Shown: in pieces, positions 51,898 through 64,000 of the stretch
How positions within the stretch are numbered: position 1 is the first letter of the stretch
Layout: every line of letters starts with the position of its first letter
Notes under the pieces: model-generated
Databases searched by the model: none
Seen by the model: only the letters and a program-made list of their open reading frames with translations
What the model was told of the DNA's origin: nothing
Assembly (NCBI GenBank): GCA_951406725.2
Contig: OX597836.1
Coordinates: forward strand, 12,152,001-12,216,000
DNA length: 64,000 nucleotides
DNA from: Octopus vulgaris
Taxonomy: Eukaryota
Direction: 5' to 3'
Translations under genes and position numbers: made by a program

Positions 51898-52015
51898 AAG
51901 ATGCTTCTCACGTCCTTCCCTGGTCGCCCCATCCACCTACGCCTACTATCGACTTACCCATTTTGGGCTTGACCTCATTGGTCACAAAGTACTCTTAGCG
52001 TTTTACCCATGAGCG
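51898..52015 (-). pseudogene. Highly decayed 5S rRNA-like sequence (pseudogene or SINE3 head)
   Basis: Minus strand has gaggtcaagc (5S A box gaagttaagc), tagta and tggatggggcgacca..gggaa (5S C box tggatgggtgacc...gggaa) in the correct order. Confidence 0.35.
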
Positions 52016-52347
52016 TGTTTCTACGTTTATCGCTTCACCTGTTCCGAATAACAAAACCAAAGGTCCTTAAAATCGCACACCAACAGGGTTTTGTTTGTTT
52101 GTTTTGTATTAAGCAACAGGTAGAAGGAAGGAATGGTTGTTGTGTCATATTATTGTATAATACACAATGTGCTGTGTCAGGTAAAAAAGGCAAAAAATAA
52201 AGTAAAGGACTTGAAAAATATCTTGTTTAAGCGCACGAGTTGTTGTACTGGTTGTTTAACTCCAGTCGAACTTTAATCAGGTGATAGAACGTGAATAAAG
52301 CATTGTGATCGACAGAATAATCTTAAGGCTAAAGGGTTCAATCATAA

Positions 52348-52745
52348 CCCTTTTGATACCTATTTCTTTACTACCCACAAGGGGCTAAACACAGAGGGGA
52401 CAAACAAGGACAGACAAACGGATTAAGTTGATTATACCGACCCCAGTGCATAACTGGTACTTATTTAATCGACCCCGAAAGAATGAAAGGCAAAGTCGAC
52501 CTCAGTGGAATTTGAACTCAGAACGTAGCAGCAGACGAAATACCGTTATTCCAAACGACCTGAAACTACCCCTGTTTCTTTGATACGAACTTCTACTTTT
52601 AAAGTGATCCAGACTGAACCCTCCATCAAAATTTCACGTTTTCTGGGTGGGTGGATGGGGGTAAAATTATATCACTAAATTAGTATTTTCAAAATTAATT
52701 AAAACAAAGACAGTGTATTTCAAGAGATATATGGTAACAAAAGGG
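52348..52745 (-). mobile_element. piggyBac-like MITE family 2, interrupted by a SINE B unit (52361-52545); partial duplicate to about 52927
   Basis: Ends CCCTTTTGATACC ... GGTAACAAAAGGG|TTAA; body is a diverged reverse complement of 60142-60366. Confidence 0.75.
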
Positions 52746-53416
52746 TTAAAGTGATCTAAATTAAAAACCTTGTATCAAAATCTCTTGCTAATTTATGTTC
52801 GAAACAGCAATTTAATAGCAGCAAAATTATTTTACTGAATTCTTCATTATTCTGGAAAATTAATTGAAAGAAAGACAGTAGTTTATTTCATCAGAAATAT
52901 AATAAAAAAAAATAATAAATGGGTTAAAACAAAAAGTAAATTTGACTCTGGCAAATTGGTATCGAAAGGGTTAAGAAATTTCATCTGAAGACCATTTCAA
53001 TCAGGTTCCCTCTCATGTTCCATATTAAACTGCCGTTTCTTTCACCCTTGGGTCCACGGTTCCCTTACCGTCTACAGATGCTAATTGAATGCCGTTACTG
53101 CTGCTAATGAATCATGTGAACATATTGTATAGAAATTCAATTTTCTAATCTATTTAACTGATATTTTACACAAGTTGTTGTTGTTGTCGTTGTTGCAGAG
53201 TTATGTTACAACTTGTGGTTGTTTCCATTATGTTGTAATTTTCCAAAATTTTTATTTCTTCTTGTGATTATTTGCATTCTAGGTTTTTTAGTTGGTTTTT
53301 TTTACTACCCCCCCCCCACACACACACCTTGTTTCCCCTTTCTTGTTCATTTTTAATTCTTCTTCTTCCATTCTTTGTCTTCTATATTCTTCACCTAACT
53401 TATTTTATTCTTCCTT

Positions 53417-53698
53417 CTTCTTAAATCTGACTTCTGCTTCTTCAATTCTTCTTCTTCTTCTTCTTCTTCTTCTTCAATTCTTCTTCTTCTTCAACTCTTC
53501 TTCAACTCTTCTTCTTCTTCTTCAACTCTTCTTCAACTCTTCTTCTTCTTCAATTCTTCTTCTTCTTCAATTCTTCTTCTTATTATTATTATTATTATTA
53601 TTATTCCTGAATTCTTCTTCTTCTTCTTTTCTTCTTCAGTTCTTCTTCTTCTTTTCTTCTTCAATTCTTCTTCAATTCTCCTTCTTCTTCTTCTTCTT

Positions 53699-53762
<64 letters not shown>

Positions 53763-53822
53763 CTGAATTCTTCTTCTTCCTCCCCCTCAATTCTTTTTCT
53801 TGAATTCTTCAATTATTCTTCT
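53417..53822. repeat. (CTT)n/(TTA)n compound microsatellite
   Basis: Direct reading. Confidence 0.92.
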
Positions 53823-54169
53823 TCCCCCCCCCGCCCAACCAATAAAATAACCATTACATATTCTTCTTTCCCCCCAAATCTTTTGCTAAAACTCTTCCAT
53901 CTCTATCACCGACAATAACAACAACAACAGCAACAACAACAGCAAACAAGCGCAACTTTTAATACAAAGTGCAATAATTCCCCTCTAGCTAATTAGATAG
54001 AATTTTTCAAAAATTTCTGAGAATTCACTGTAGATTCCATTCTGTTTTTTATTTTCCCTATTGTAAATTAATTTTTAATTTTTTCTTTTTTTTTTTTTTT
54101 AATTTTGTACCTACCCACCCACCCCTTCACACACACCTTTTTTTCTTTTGAAGTCCTTGATTGTTCTTT

Positions 54170-54583
<414 letters not shown>

Positions 54584-54858
54584 TTGCTTGCTGGAATGTC
54601 TTTTATTTATTCTTTTATTTTTGGTGTCTTCAAATTTTTTTTTTCCATTACTGTTTGTTTTCGTTTTCCTTTTTTTAAAATTTTTTTTTTGTTTTTAAAT
54701 TTTTCTGCTTTTATTTTATTTTATTTTATTTTATTTTATTTTATTTTATTTTATTTCTATTATTTGAATTATTACATCTGGAACAATCTGCCTCGCGGCT
54801 TATTTAATTCAATCAGCCATTCAACATTGCGGCAGTGCTCCATCTCTGTCTGTCTGTC

Positions 54859-54889
<31 letters not shown>

Positions 54890-54997
54890 CCCTGTGCCTG
54901 TCTGTCTATCTCCCTTCCTCTTGCTTACTTTCTATATGCACATTTCTTTGTACTCTTTCTCTGAGCCTTTCTCTCTCTCTCTCTCTCTCCCTATATA

Positions 54998-55031
<34 letters not shown>

Positions 55032-55700
55032 CACACATATACATATATATATATATTTGTCTCTCTCTCTCACTCTCTCTCTGCCCCCTCCTCACACCGG
55101 TCTGTCTTGGCATTGTTTTGTGAATTCAGTATTAATTAATGGCTAAACGACAAGCAGTGCTAGCGAGCTGGTGAAACAAAAGCACATGCAGAGATATTCC
55201 AATCGCTCAGTGATGGGCAGTCAAAACATTCAGTGCAGACATCCCTCTCGTGCAGTTATGTTGCAGTATACACCACAAACAGCAAAAAAAAAAGGGGGGG
55301 GAAACGGCCGGCCGCCCTCTCTGTGGCCTATTATTCGAAAGACAAACACAAATTATCGCCTGTAAACTGACTCCCTTGGTCACACAGTTAGATATCACAA
55401 CCCATAAATTGCCGTTGCATCATTGAAGATTGGAGGAGTTGGGGAGAAAAGAGAGTGCAGAAATTTGTTTTATTGTTTTATTTAGTTATGCCGTTTATTT
55501 GTTTTGTTTGGTTTTATATATTTTGTTTCGTTTATTTATTTGTTTGTTTGTTGTTGTGTTAGAAGATAAAGCATCATTTGTTTCTCTAGCGAGCCTTTAA
55601 AGTGTTTTGGACAAAGTCATCTGGAGCAGGTGCCTACTTTAAAGATTAGCAGATATGTAGATAATATAGACAGATAGATAGGTATATACATACATACTAG

Positions 55701-55759
<59 letters not shown>

Positions 55760-55774
55760 GTATGTATGTATGAA

Positions 55775-56270
55775 TCGAGCAAGGTCATTGCCAGTGCCGC
55801 TGGACTGGCTCCTATGCAGGTGGCATGTAAAAAAACACCACCTGAGCGTGGCTGTTGCCAGTACCTATTTCTTTACTACCCACAAGGGGCTAAACACAGA
55901 GAGGACAAACAAGGACAGACAGACAGATTAAGTCGATTATATGGACTCCAGTGCGTAACTGGTACTTAATTTATCGACCCCGAAAGGATGAAAGGCAAAG
56001 TCGACCTCGGCGGAATTTGAACTCAGAATTTCGCCCGGCGTGCTAACGTTTCGGCCAGCTCAACCGACTGCCCCTTGTGCCAGTGGCACGTAAAATCACC
56101 CACTACGCTCTTGGAGTGGTTGGCGTTAGGAAGGGCATCCAGCTGTAGAAACACTGCCAAATCAAGATTGGAGCCTGGTGCAGCCATCTGGTTCGCCAGT
56201 CCTCAGTCAAAATCGTCCAACCCATGCTAGCATGGAAAGCGAACATTAAACGATGATGATGATGATGATG
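55775..56270 (+). mobile_element. RTE 3' UTR interrupted by a minus-strand SINE B (55866-56061)
   Basis: Host matches 37340-37680 on both sides of the insertion. Confidence 0.88.
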
Positions 56271-56283
56271 ATATATACATAGA

Positions 56284-56680
56284 TGCAAGCATGGCTGTGT
56301 GGTAAGAAGTTTACCTTCCAACTACATGGTTCCAGGTTCAGTCCTCCTGCATGGCACCTTGGACAAGTGTCTTCTTTATTTTTGGGTCTATGCAAGCCTT
56401 ATGAGTGGATTTGTTAGACGGAAACTGATAGATAAATAGAGAGATAGATAGATATCAATCATCATCATCAACATCATCATCGTTTAGCATCCGCTTTCCA
56501 TGCTAGCATGGGTTGGACAGTTCAACTGGGGTCTGGGTGGCCAGGAGGCTGCACCAGGCCCAGTCTGATCTGGCAATGTTTCTACAGCCTGATGTCCTTC
56601 CTAACGCCAACCACTCCGTGAGTGTAGTGGGTGCTTTCTACATGCCACCGGCACAGGGGCCAGAGGAGGCTGGCAAACAG
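56284..56680. mobile_element. SINE A 5' half (+, 56284-56430) and RTE 3' UTR (-, 56460-56680)
   Basis: Homology to other in-window copies. Confidence 0.85.
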
Positions 56681-56866
56681 CCAATCAATCAATCAATCAA
56701 TCAATCAGTCATCAGTCAGAAAGGCATATCAGCAAATTTCTCCAGCAACAATGATATATTTCAGAACACAGTTGTATCAACAACAACAACAACAACACCA
56801 TCAACATTGCAGTTTCCATTATTCGTGTGTCAGGTAATCCAAGTGTAGTGTGTGTGTGTGTGTGTC

Positions 56867-56911
<45 letters not shown>

Positions 56912-57289
56912 GTTATTTAACTCTTAAAAGTCCGCAGCTGCTGACAGCTCTGGCATAAACCGATACATGGAAGAATTTTCTGACAGCAAATTCCTTGTCA
57001 GTGAAGAATGGTGCCGTTTGCTGGTCCTGCTGGTGGTGACGGCAGGTTTAAGATATAAAGTCTTGAGAAGTAAATTAATATTACATTGTTAATGAGTTTG
57101 TGAACTTCGTTTGAAACGACAAACCCACACTGGCTGCTGAAAGTCTACCTGTATCTTAACTAGAATTTAACGACGAAAGATACGTTATGTGGTTGCTTTT
57201 TTTTTTTTTTTTTTTTTTTTTGTTACCTTGTCGAAATCTCATTAGTTAACTAATTGATTAAATTAGTTTACAACAGCTGAACTGTCGTT

Positions 57290-57670
57290 ATCATTGTCAG
57301 CGTCATGAACATTTTCATCATCATCGTCAGGAAAATTTTCTTCTTCATCACCATCACCATCATCATTTTCATCATCATCATCATCAACATTTTCTTCTTC
57401 ATCACCACCACCATCATCATCATTTTCATCATCATAATCACCATCAGGAACATCTTCTTCATCACCACCACCATCATCACAATCATCATCATTTTCATCA
57501 TCATCATCATGAACATTTTTCATCATCATCATCAGGAACATTTTCTTCTTCTTCTTCATCATCATCATCATCATCATTGTCATCATCTCTATCATTTTGT
57601 TGTCATTGTCATATCTCTATCATCATCATCAGCATCATCTTCACTGTCATCATCATCATCATCATCATAA
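57290..57670. repeat. (CAT)n-based repeat with higher-order aacattttcttcttcatcacc units
   Basis: Direct reading. Confidence 0.88.
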
Positions 57671-57938
57671 TTTCATTATGGTCACCATTGTCTTAACGTC
57701 TGTTTTACCATGCTTGCATGGTAAAACAAAGCTGGTCAGACAAAGCTTTTTGAGGCAGATTTTCTACAACTGGATGCCTTCCTTGTCACCAACCCTCACC
57801 CGTTTCCAAATAAGGTAATATTTTCCCCATGGCCAGACACATTTCCACTGAATGCTAAAAACGAATGACACTGCATCAATGATAGTGGCACTTGTTTACA
57901 ACTGTCATGTGATGCCAAGACAAAGAAGCTCAAATGTA

Positions 57939-58327
57939 TTGGCTTGTCCGGAAAGTTCGTGCCGATTTATAGTAGCTTACCGTTTGACTTATTTTAGAAC
58001 ATGGTTGAGTCCATAAAATAGGATTTGACTACACCTCCATTTAGAACACAGTTTAAGCTATCTTTTCATGGAAGAAGGTTTATGTTCCTATAACCTGTGT
58101 TAATTCTGTAACCCTTTAAAATGGAAGATAAGAAAGTTCATTTTCGGCACTTGATGCTTTGAGAACCAGACAAAAATTGCTGCAGCTCGGCTGGGATGTG
58201 TTACCCCACCCTCCATATTCACCAAATATAGCTCCTTCAGATTTCCACTTATTCAGGTCTCTGCAGAATAGTCTTAATGGTAAAAATTTTAATTCGTTGG
58301 ATGACATAAAAAGATACTTTGACGAAA
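57939..58327 (+). mobile_element. Internally deleted, 3'-truncated mariner (DD34D) element; transposase pseudogene
   Basis: TA + TIR ttggcttgtccggaaagttcgtgccgattt; ATG at 58121 gives MEDKKVHFRHLML, fused out of frame to LRTRQKLLQLGWDVLPHPPYSPNIAPSDFHLFRSLQNSL (YSPDLAPSD motif). Confidence 0.9.
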
Positions 58328-58358
58328 CAAGTACACACACACAAACAAATATATATAT

Positions 58359-58577
58359 CAGTGCTTTTCAAACTTTTTGCTGGAGCGGAACCCCAAGGAA
58401 ACATTCCACTGGCTCGAGGAAGCCCTGTGCAATAATTTAATAGTCTTATGCACACATATCTGCACAAGAGACTTAAAAATTACTGCCGATTTTAGCAGTT
58501 TTGTAACTTCTTGAGGAACCCCTAGACTGTACTGGTGGAACCCTAAGGTTCCGCGGAACCCTGGTTGAAAACCACTG
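58359..58577. mobile_element. hAT (Charlie-like) MITE
   Basis: TIRs CAGTGCTTTTCAA / TTGAAAACCACTG; 8-bp ATATATAT on both flanks; ggaaccc subterminal repeats. Confidence 0.85.
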
Positions 58578-58611
58578 ATATATATATCATCATGATGATG
58601 ATATATATATA

Positions 58612-58798
58612 TCATCATCATCATCATCATCGTTTAGCGTCTGTTTTCCATGCTAGCATGGGTTGGACGGTTCAACTGGGGTCTGTGAAGCCGGAAGGCT
58701 TCATCAGGCCTAGTCAGATCTGGCAGTGTTTCTACGGCTGGATGCCCTTCCTAACGCCAACCACTCCGTGAGTGTAGTGGGTGCTTTTTACGTGCCAG
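58612..58798 (-). mobile_element. RTE 3' UTR fragment with (GAT)n tail
   Basis: Highly similar to 56460-56650. Confidence 0.88.
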
Positions 58799-59685
58799 AC
58801 AGGTGTGTGTATATATATATATACACACACAAACATACATACCATGTACCCACTGACACATTACACGCATGCATACATGCTAAGACATACACACGGAGAC
58901 ACACATGTTACATACACAAATGAAGAAAAAAAATGAACACAAACACATGTACAACATACCAAAAAAAAACCAACAACCAACTAGTTAAATAAAATCGATT
59001 TCATATCTATTTCCTGTGTATATTTTTTTCCTTTGATTCCCAACGACTCTCTCTAATTCTAGTTTTTTTTTTTTCTCTTTTCCACGCAGTTAACATTTGT
59101 TAGGTGACAGCCTTAACTTCACAAAGACTAACTTCATTTCGTTTCCAACGCAAAAGGTAGATAGAGAGGTGGAGGAGAAAGTTAGATAGATAGATAGATA
59201 GATAAACAGAGAGGGTGGAGGGGGAGAGAAAGAGAGAGAGAAGATAGAGAGAGAGCGGGGGCGAGGCTGGCTTTTTAGAAAATTACAGCCGACCAAATTT
59301 ACAACGTATTCAATCGTACCGGGAAAATTAATTAGATACAAAACGAAGTAAAGTTTTGTACTTAAATAAATATTATTTCATCTAGGTGCAATCTTTGTTT
59401 TATTTCAATCGCTCCATCTGAGGGTGTAATTGTTTGCGGTTGTATTGTTCAGCCAACCCCACCTCTCTCTCTCTCTCTCTCTCTTTTCCCTCCTTTCTCT
59501 CTCCTCTTTCTCCCATCCTCTCCTTTCTTTCTCTGTCTCTCTCTCTCTCTCACTTTCTGTGTCTGTTCCCCTCTCTATTTCTCTCCTTCTTTTTCTCTGT
59601 TATTCTTTCTCCCTTTCTTTCTCTCTCCCTCTCTGTCTTTCTTCCTCTCTCTCTCTCTCTTTCTTTCTTTTTCTCTGTTATTCTT

Positions 59686-59723
<38 letters not shown>

Positions 59724-59929
59724 TTTTCTTACTTTTCACATCTTCCATTCTGCTAGAAAGGTTTCCATTGGTGCTGTTTGCAACAAATCCTGTCTTTGGA
59801 AGGAAGTGGGGACAAAAATAAGGAGAAAACAGGTTGGTGAAGGAGGGTAAGAATTCAGGAAAATAATAAAAATAATAAAAAATTTTAAGAATTTTCAAAT
59901 GGGAAAAAGGAACAGAAATAATGTTTTGT

Positions 59930-60600
59930 TTTTTTCTTTCAATTAATTTTGAATATAACAAAGAATTTAGTAAAATAACTTAGTTACCATTCAGCTAGTG
60001 TTAGGAACATAAATTGTTACTTAGGTTTGGTGGAAGATTTTAATTCAAAACTTTTGGAAACAAGACATTTGTACTACAGAGCCAGAGCTGGTTTCAGCTG
60101 GGTTGGTATCAAAAGGGTTAAAAATATCATGGTGACTTTAACCCTTTTGTTACCTTATTTCTGTTGAGATGCTCTGTGTGTTTTTTTTTCTATTAATTTT
60201 AAATATAACAAAGAATTTAGTGAAATAACTTAGTTATCATTCAACTAGTGTTGGGAACATAAATTGTGACTAAGGTTTGGTGGAAGATTTTAATTCAAAA
60301 CTTATGGAAACATGACATTTGTACTCAGAACCAGAGCCGGTTTCAGCCGGGTTGGTATTGAAAGGGTTAAAAAATATCATGTTACCTTATTTCTGTTAAG
60401 ATGTTCTGTGTTTCTTTCAATTAATTTTAAGATATAACAAAGAATTTAGTAAAATAACTTAGTTATCATTCAGCTGGTATTAGGAACATAAATTGTGACT
60501 AAGGTTTGGTGGAAGATTTTAATTAAAAACTTATGAAAACAAGACATTTGTACTACAGAGCCAGAGGTGGTTTCTGGCAGGTTGGTATCCAAAGGGTTAA
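59930..60600 (+). mobile_element. Three tandem piggyBac-like MITE family 2 copies; the middle one (60142-60366) is complete
   Basis: TTAA|CCCTTTTGTTACC ... GGTATTGAAAGGG|TTAA; all three end GGG|TTAA (60117, 60366, 60596). Confidence 0.88.
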
Positions 60601-61084
60601 AAAAGAAGAATGGGGTCAATGAGGAATCCAGGAATGTTTGTTGATCATAGACCTGCTCTGTCAGCTCTGACCTGGGGCTAAAACAACAGAAAGCTTTTTT
60701 GTAAATGCTAAACCATCTTGGTAAGAAATTCCTTTCGCAGATGTTAGTTAATCTTCCATGACGGAAGCAGATCAACACCACCATTGACATCACCACCACT
60801 ACCATTACCAGCAATGCCACCACCAATACCACCTCTACCTTCGCGACTATAACAACAGTACCACCACAATTACCACCTACACGAACACAGTGATCAGTCC
60901 CACAACAAATATTACCACCACCACTACCACCACTACAACGAACATTGCCACCAATACCATCATCGACAGCACCATTGTCACTATCCCCACAACTACCTCC
61001 ATCACCACCACCACCACGAACCCCACAACCACTAGAGCCACCACCAATACCAACATCACAGCCAACATTGCCACCACCAATACC

Positions 61085-61499
61085 TATTTCTTTATTACCC
61101 ACAAGGGGCTAAACACAGAGAGGACAAACAAGGACAGACAAACAGATTAAGTCGATTACATCGACCCCAGTGCGTAACTGGTACTTATTTAATCGACCCC
61201 GAAGGGATGAAAGGCAAAGTTGACCTCGGCAGAATTTGAACTCAGAACGTAACGACTGATGAAACATCTATTTCTTTACTACCCACAAGGGGCTAAACAC
61301 AGAGGGGACAAACAAGGTCAGCCAAAGGGAATAAGACGATTATATAGACTCGAGTTCGTAACTGGTACTTATTTAATCGACCCTGAAGGGATGAAAGGCA
61401 AAGTCGACCTCGGCGGAATTTGAACTCAGAACGTAACGGCAGACGAAATACCGCTAAGCATTTCACCCGGCATGTGAATGATTCTGCCAGCTCGCCACC
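61085..61499 (-). mobile_element. SINE family B: one head plus two tandem 184-bp bodies
   Basis: Units start at 61085 and 61269 on the + strand; head ctgccagctcgccacc ends at 61499. Confidence 0.92.
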
Positions 61500-61844
61500 T
61501 TAATACCATCACCAATACCACCACCACCGCCACCGCCAGCTGACATCGTCACTACAGCCGCTGCCAACAACCTCACAATCCTTCAGCGCCACCAAACACC
61601 GACATTTGCATCAGACTCTGCTTTTATCTATTCATTTATTTATTTATTTATTCATTTATTTATTTATTTCTACAAAATTCATTTTATATACACACACCCC
61701 ACTCTCCCTCTCGCACCCCCCCACCCCACACCATCTCCCCCTCCTCCCGCCGCCGTTCTTTCGCATTAGTCAACATAAAATGTGCCACTGTTGTGTTTTT
61801 CATTGACAAAGAAATCTTTGATGTAGGCATGTAAAATTTTCACT

Positions 61845-61892
<48 letters not shown>

Positions 61893-62519
61893 CTCTCTTT
61901 TTGTCTTGTCTTATTCTTTGTGTTCTTCTCCACCTGGATTCTACATGCCAGCAATATTACCATTCCTTTGTAGTAAACAGCATGTTGACAACAACTGCAG
62001 CACCAACACTAACAATTTCTTCAATTTTCTTTTTACTAGAGTTACTTATTTCTTTATTTTTTGTCTATATCTTATATATATTATACACATTTATATATAT
62101 ATATATATATATATATTCTGTATATGTTTCTGTATATGTTTTATATGGGTTTTTTTGTATATTCTTGTCTCTGTCTTGTATATAATGGTTGCTGTTTTTT
62201 TTTAAACTTTATTTTGCAAAATTACCACTTGTTTGTTAAGGAGTATAATGGTGGGCCCTAGCAGGAAGCTTTGCGTTCCTTCATTTCATCTGCGAGTCTT
62301 TTAGAACCCACTGAAGGTATAGAAAAGGGGTCATTATCCCTAATAATAATAATAATGAGAAGAAGAATCTTTTTCTCTGTGTCCAAGTGTTGTGTTAAAC
62401 CTGATGTTATTCTGTCATTGGAATATTGCAAAGACGGTTGATGTTGTAAACAGAAATAAATCGAAGGATAAATAAGTGAAAAAGAGACTTTTTAAACATG
62501 AAAAGGAAGATCACACTGT

Positions 62520-62607
62520 TTTGTACATATGTGTGTGTGTATATATATATATACATACATATATATATATATATGTCTGTATGTGTGTGTGCTTGTAGGT
62601 ATGTGTG

Positions 62608-62639
<32 letters not shown>

Positions 62640-62789
62640 AGTGTGTGTGTCTATATATACATATAGGTATGTACCTGTGTGTATATATATGTATGTACAC
62701 ACATGTATTTATGTGTATATGTATGTATGCGTACACACATATGGATGTATATGCATGTATGTATATTTCTATGTATGTACATATATGTG

Positions 62790-62846
<57 letters not shown>

Positions 62847-63083
62847 GTATTTATGTGTATATGTATGTATGCAGACACATATTTGGATGTATATGTATGT
62901 ATGTATGGATGTATATTTCTGTGTATGTACATATGTGCGTATGTGTGTGTGTGTGTATTATGTACACACACATGTATTATGCATATATGTATGTATGCAG
63001 ACACATATATGCATGTATATGTATGTATGTATGTATGTATATTTCTATGTGTACATATATACGTGTGTATGTGTGTGTGTATA
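62520..63083. repeat. Compound (TA)/(TG)/(TATG) microsatellite with duplicated sub-units
   Basis: Direct reading. Confidence 0.92.
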
Positions 63084-63325
63084 TCCCTCAGTTCTGTCTT
63101 TCTCGATATTTAGCTGTCTCTGCACATGAATGTACTTACAGACACACACACAATGTTCCCCCATGACTAATGCTCCATGGCAAAAGAGTGTGCGTACCTG
63201 TATGTGTGTGTGTGTGTGTAAGAGGGTGTTTCTTGATTCAAACATTTTGTGCAGGTGACATCGTTATGGCAGTAGTTTCTGAAAGCAAATACAGAAGACA
63301 AGATGGAAAAAGAGACGTCTCTAGA

Positions 63326-63750
63326 CACTGCCACCTTCACCACCTGAGCCACCATTAACCTTATCACTACCAACACCATCATCACCATCATCCCTACAAT
63401 CATCACAGCCAGTACTGCCAGCATCTTCACCACCAGCTTCACCACTACCATCAATACCACCACCACCAACACTACCACCATCACCACCACCACCAACACT
63501 ACCACCACCAACAACAACACCATCACCACCAATACCACCATCATGAACACTATAACCTCCACCACCAACACTACCACCATCATCAACACCAAACCACCAA
63601 AACCACCACCATCAACACCACCACCAATACCACCAATCTCAACACCAATCATCACCACCAACACCACCGCCATCAACATCAACACCACCACCTCCACCAC
63701 TAACACTACCACCATCATCAACACCACCACCATCACCACCAACGTCACCA
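63326..63750. repeat. Degenerate (ACC)n/(ATC)n trinucleotide repeat
   Basis: Direct reading; a similar tract lies at 60775-61084. Confidence 0.9.
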
Positions 63751-63953
63751 TGGTATCTACCTTTATTCGGTGCAAAATATGGAAACTAGTATCAGGGGAA
63801 GACCTGGCTTTTTGTATTAAAGTGTATTTAAAACTTTGCAGTTGTTAAGAATGGTTGCCAAAAGGGAGAAGAGAAGAGATGGGAGCCAAAAATTGTTTCT
63901 GTGTTTTTTTCAAAGCTAAGATCAAGGTGTGCGTATGCATATGCATATGAACC

Positions 63954-63984
<31 letters not shown>

Positions 63985-64000
63985 TATCCTAAAGGAGGAT

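Noticed and set aside
58159-58440. Functional mariner transposase or SETMAR-like gene
   Set aside because: Most of the ORF is deleted, the N-terminus is out of frame, and the 3' end is truncated and runs into a hAT MITE.
60470-61102. Gly/Val-rich 210-aa ORF, plus the Thr-rich and Asp-rich ORFs at 57.3 and 63.2-63.8 kb
   Set aside because: Derived from degenerate ACC/CAT trinucleotide repeats and running into MITE or SINE sequence; no splice or domain support.

Overview
AT-rich eukaryotic non-coding DNA, packed with microsatellites ((TA)n, (CA)n, (TAA)n, (CAT)n, (TATC)n, (CTT)n) and short transposon relics. From recall of the SINE, RTE and MITE families present, it looks like an Octopus-type cephalopod genome, probably a very long intron or gene desert. 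I found no supportable host protein-coding gene; essentially all ORF-track entries are translated simple repeats or SINE reading frames. Recognisable coding relics are all transposon fragments: CR1, RTE, two R4/Dong-like LINE C-termini and an internally deleted mariner transposase. There are three tRNA-derived SINE families, hAT, Tc1/mariner and piggyBac-type MITEs, a non-autonomous Helitron and a Helentron-like element, often nested. The best leads are: a candidate recursive splice site at 3142-3149; a diverged ~175-212 bp tandem array with repeated splice-like motifs at 37.9-38.8 kb; a SINE/CR1 pair sharing a 3' tail; a SINE that repeatedly inserts at GGTA, including inside itself; a decayed minimal hammerhead motif; a 5S-rRNA-like relic; and several fold-back palindromes. 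None is proven to be a new biological system from sequence alone.
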